From: Kudoa neothunni
Lineage: Eukaryota; Animalia; Cnidaria
Length of the DNA: 64,000 bases
Reading direction: 5' to 3'
Assembly (NCBI GenBank): GCA_964304625.1
Contig: OZ199838.1
Span: forward strand, 4,793,289 to 4,857,288
The translations under genes were made by a program, and so were the position numbers. The notes beneath the pieces were generated by a model. The model searched no databases. It saw only the letters and a list, made by a program, of their open reading frames with translations, and had not been told where the DNA came from. Positions 63,901-64,000 of this stretch are shown piece by piece. How positions within the stretch are numbered: position 1 is the first letter of the stretch; each line of letters starts with the position of its first letter.

Positions 63901-64000
63901 ACAGCTCGATCGAATTTTGTAACCAACCACTACAATTGTTGCTGAGTTACTGATTTCTTTTGGTAGTAAATTGTGTGGATCACCGACTATCAAATGTTGG
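60986..64000 (+). CDS. CDK12/13: Cyclin-dependent kinase 12/13 (runs off the window end)
   Basis: Long Ser/Lys- then Pro-rich N-terminus, then [60 protein letters not shown] and [16 protein letters not shown]; short GT-AG introns. Confidence 0.93.

Noticed and set aside
6771-64000. Non-canonical or U12-type introns as a hidden system
   Set aside because: Every intron I could delimit in the seven host genes is GT-AG. The only phase conflicts (GlyRS) are better explained by single-base indels.
1-64000. CRISPR arrays, rRNA, intact tRNA, prokaryotic operons
   Set aside because: No regularly spaced repeats or recognisable conserved RNA genes were seen. The ISXO2-like transposases are eukaryotic Merlin elements, not bacterial contamination.

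Overview
Eukaryotic, very AT-rich genomic DNA from a compact, fast-evolving animal genome. A myxozoan-like parasite is my guess, based on gene divergence, ~40-70 nt GT-AG introns and the transposon spectrum; this is not proven. Seven host genes can be spliced by eye: a USF-type bHLH-ZIP (6771-7882 +), alpha-actinin (12316-14977 -), THOC1 (29616-40143 +, with one 7.3 kb TE-filled intron), a PXYLP1-like histidine phosphatase (43882-45506 +), LENG1 (45606-46495 +), glycyl-tRNA synthetase (50953-53847 -) and CDK12/13 (60986 to the window end, +). GlyRS has a likely mitochondrial presequence and four 1-nt frame breaks. The space between these small gene islands is mostly decayed, often nested DNA transposons whose TIRs and TSDs are still readable: piggyBac, pogo/Tigger, mariner, hAT and Merlin, plus Gypsy, Helitron and SINE-like relics. 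The most interesting leads are a possible cluster of three very divergent GT32-like glycosyltransferase sequences around GlyRS, the frame breaks in GlyRS, a GC-rich NRF1-like motif shared by ~100 bp host promoters and transposon ends, and a few structured RNA candidates. I found no clear-cut new biological system. All family calls are by motif recognition, without database searches.
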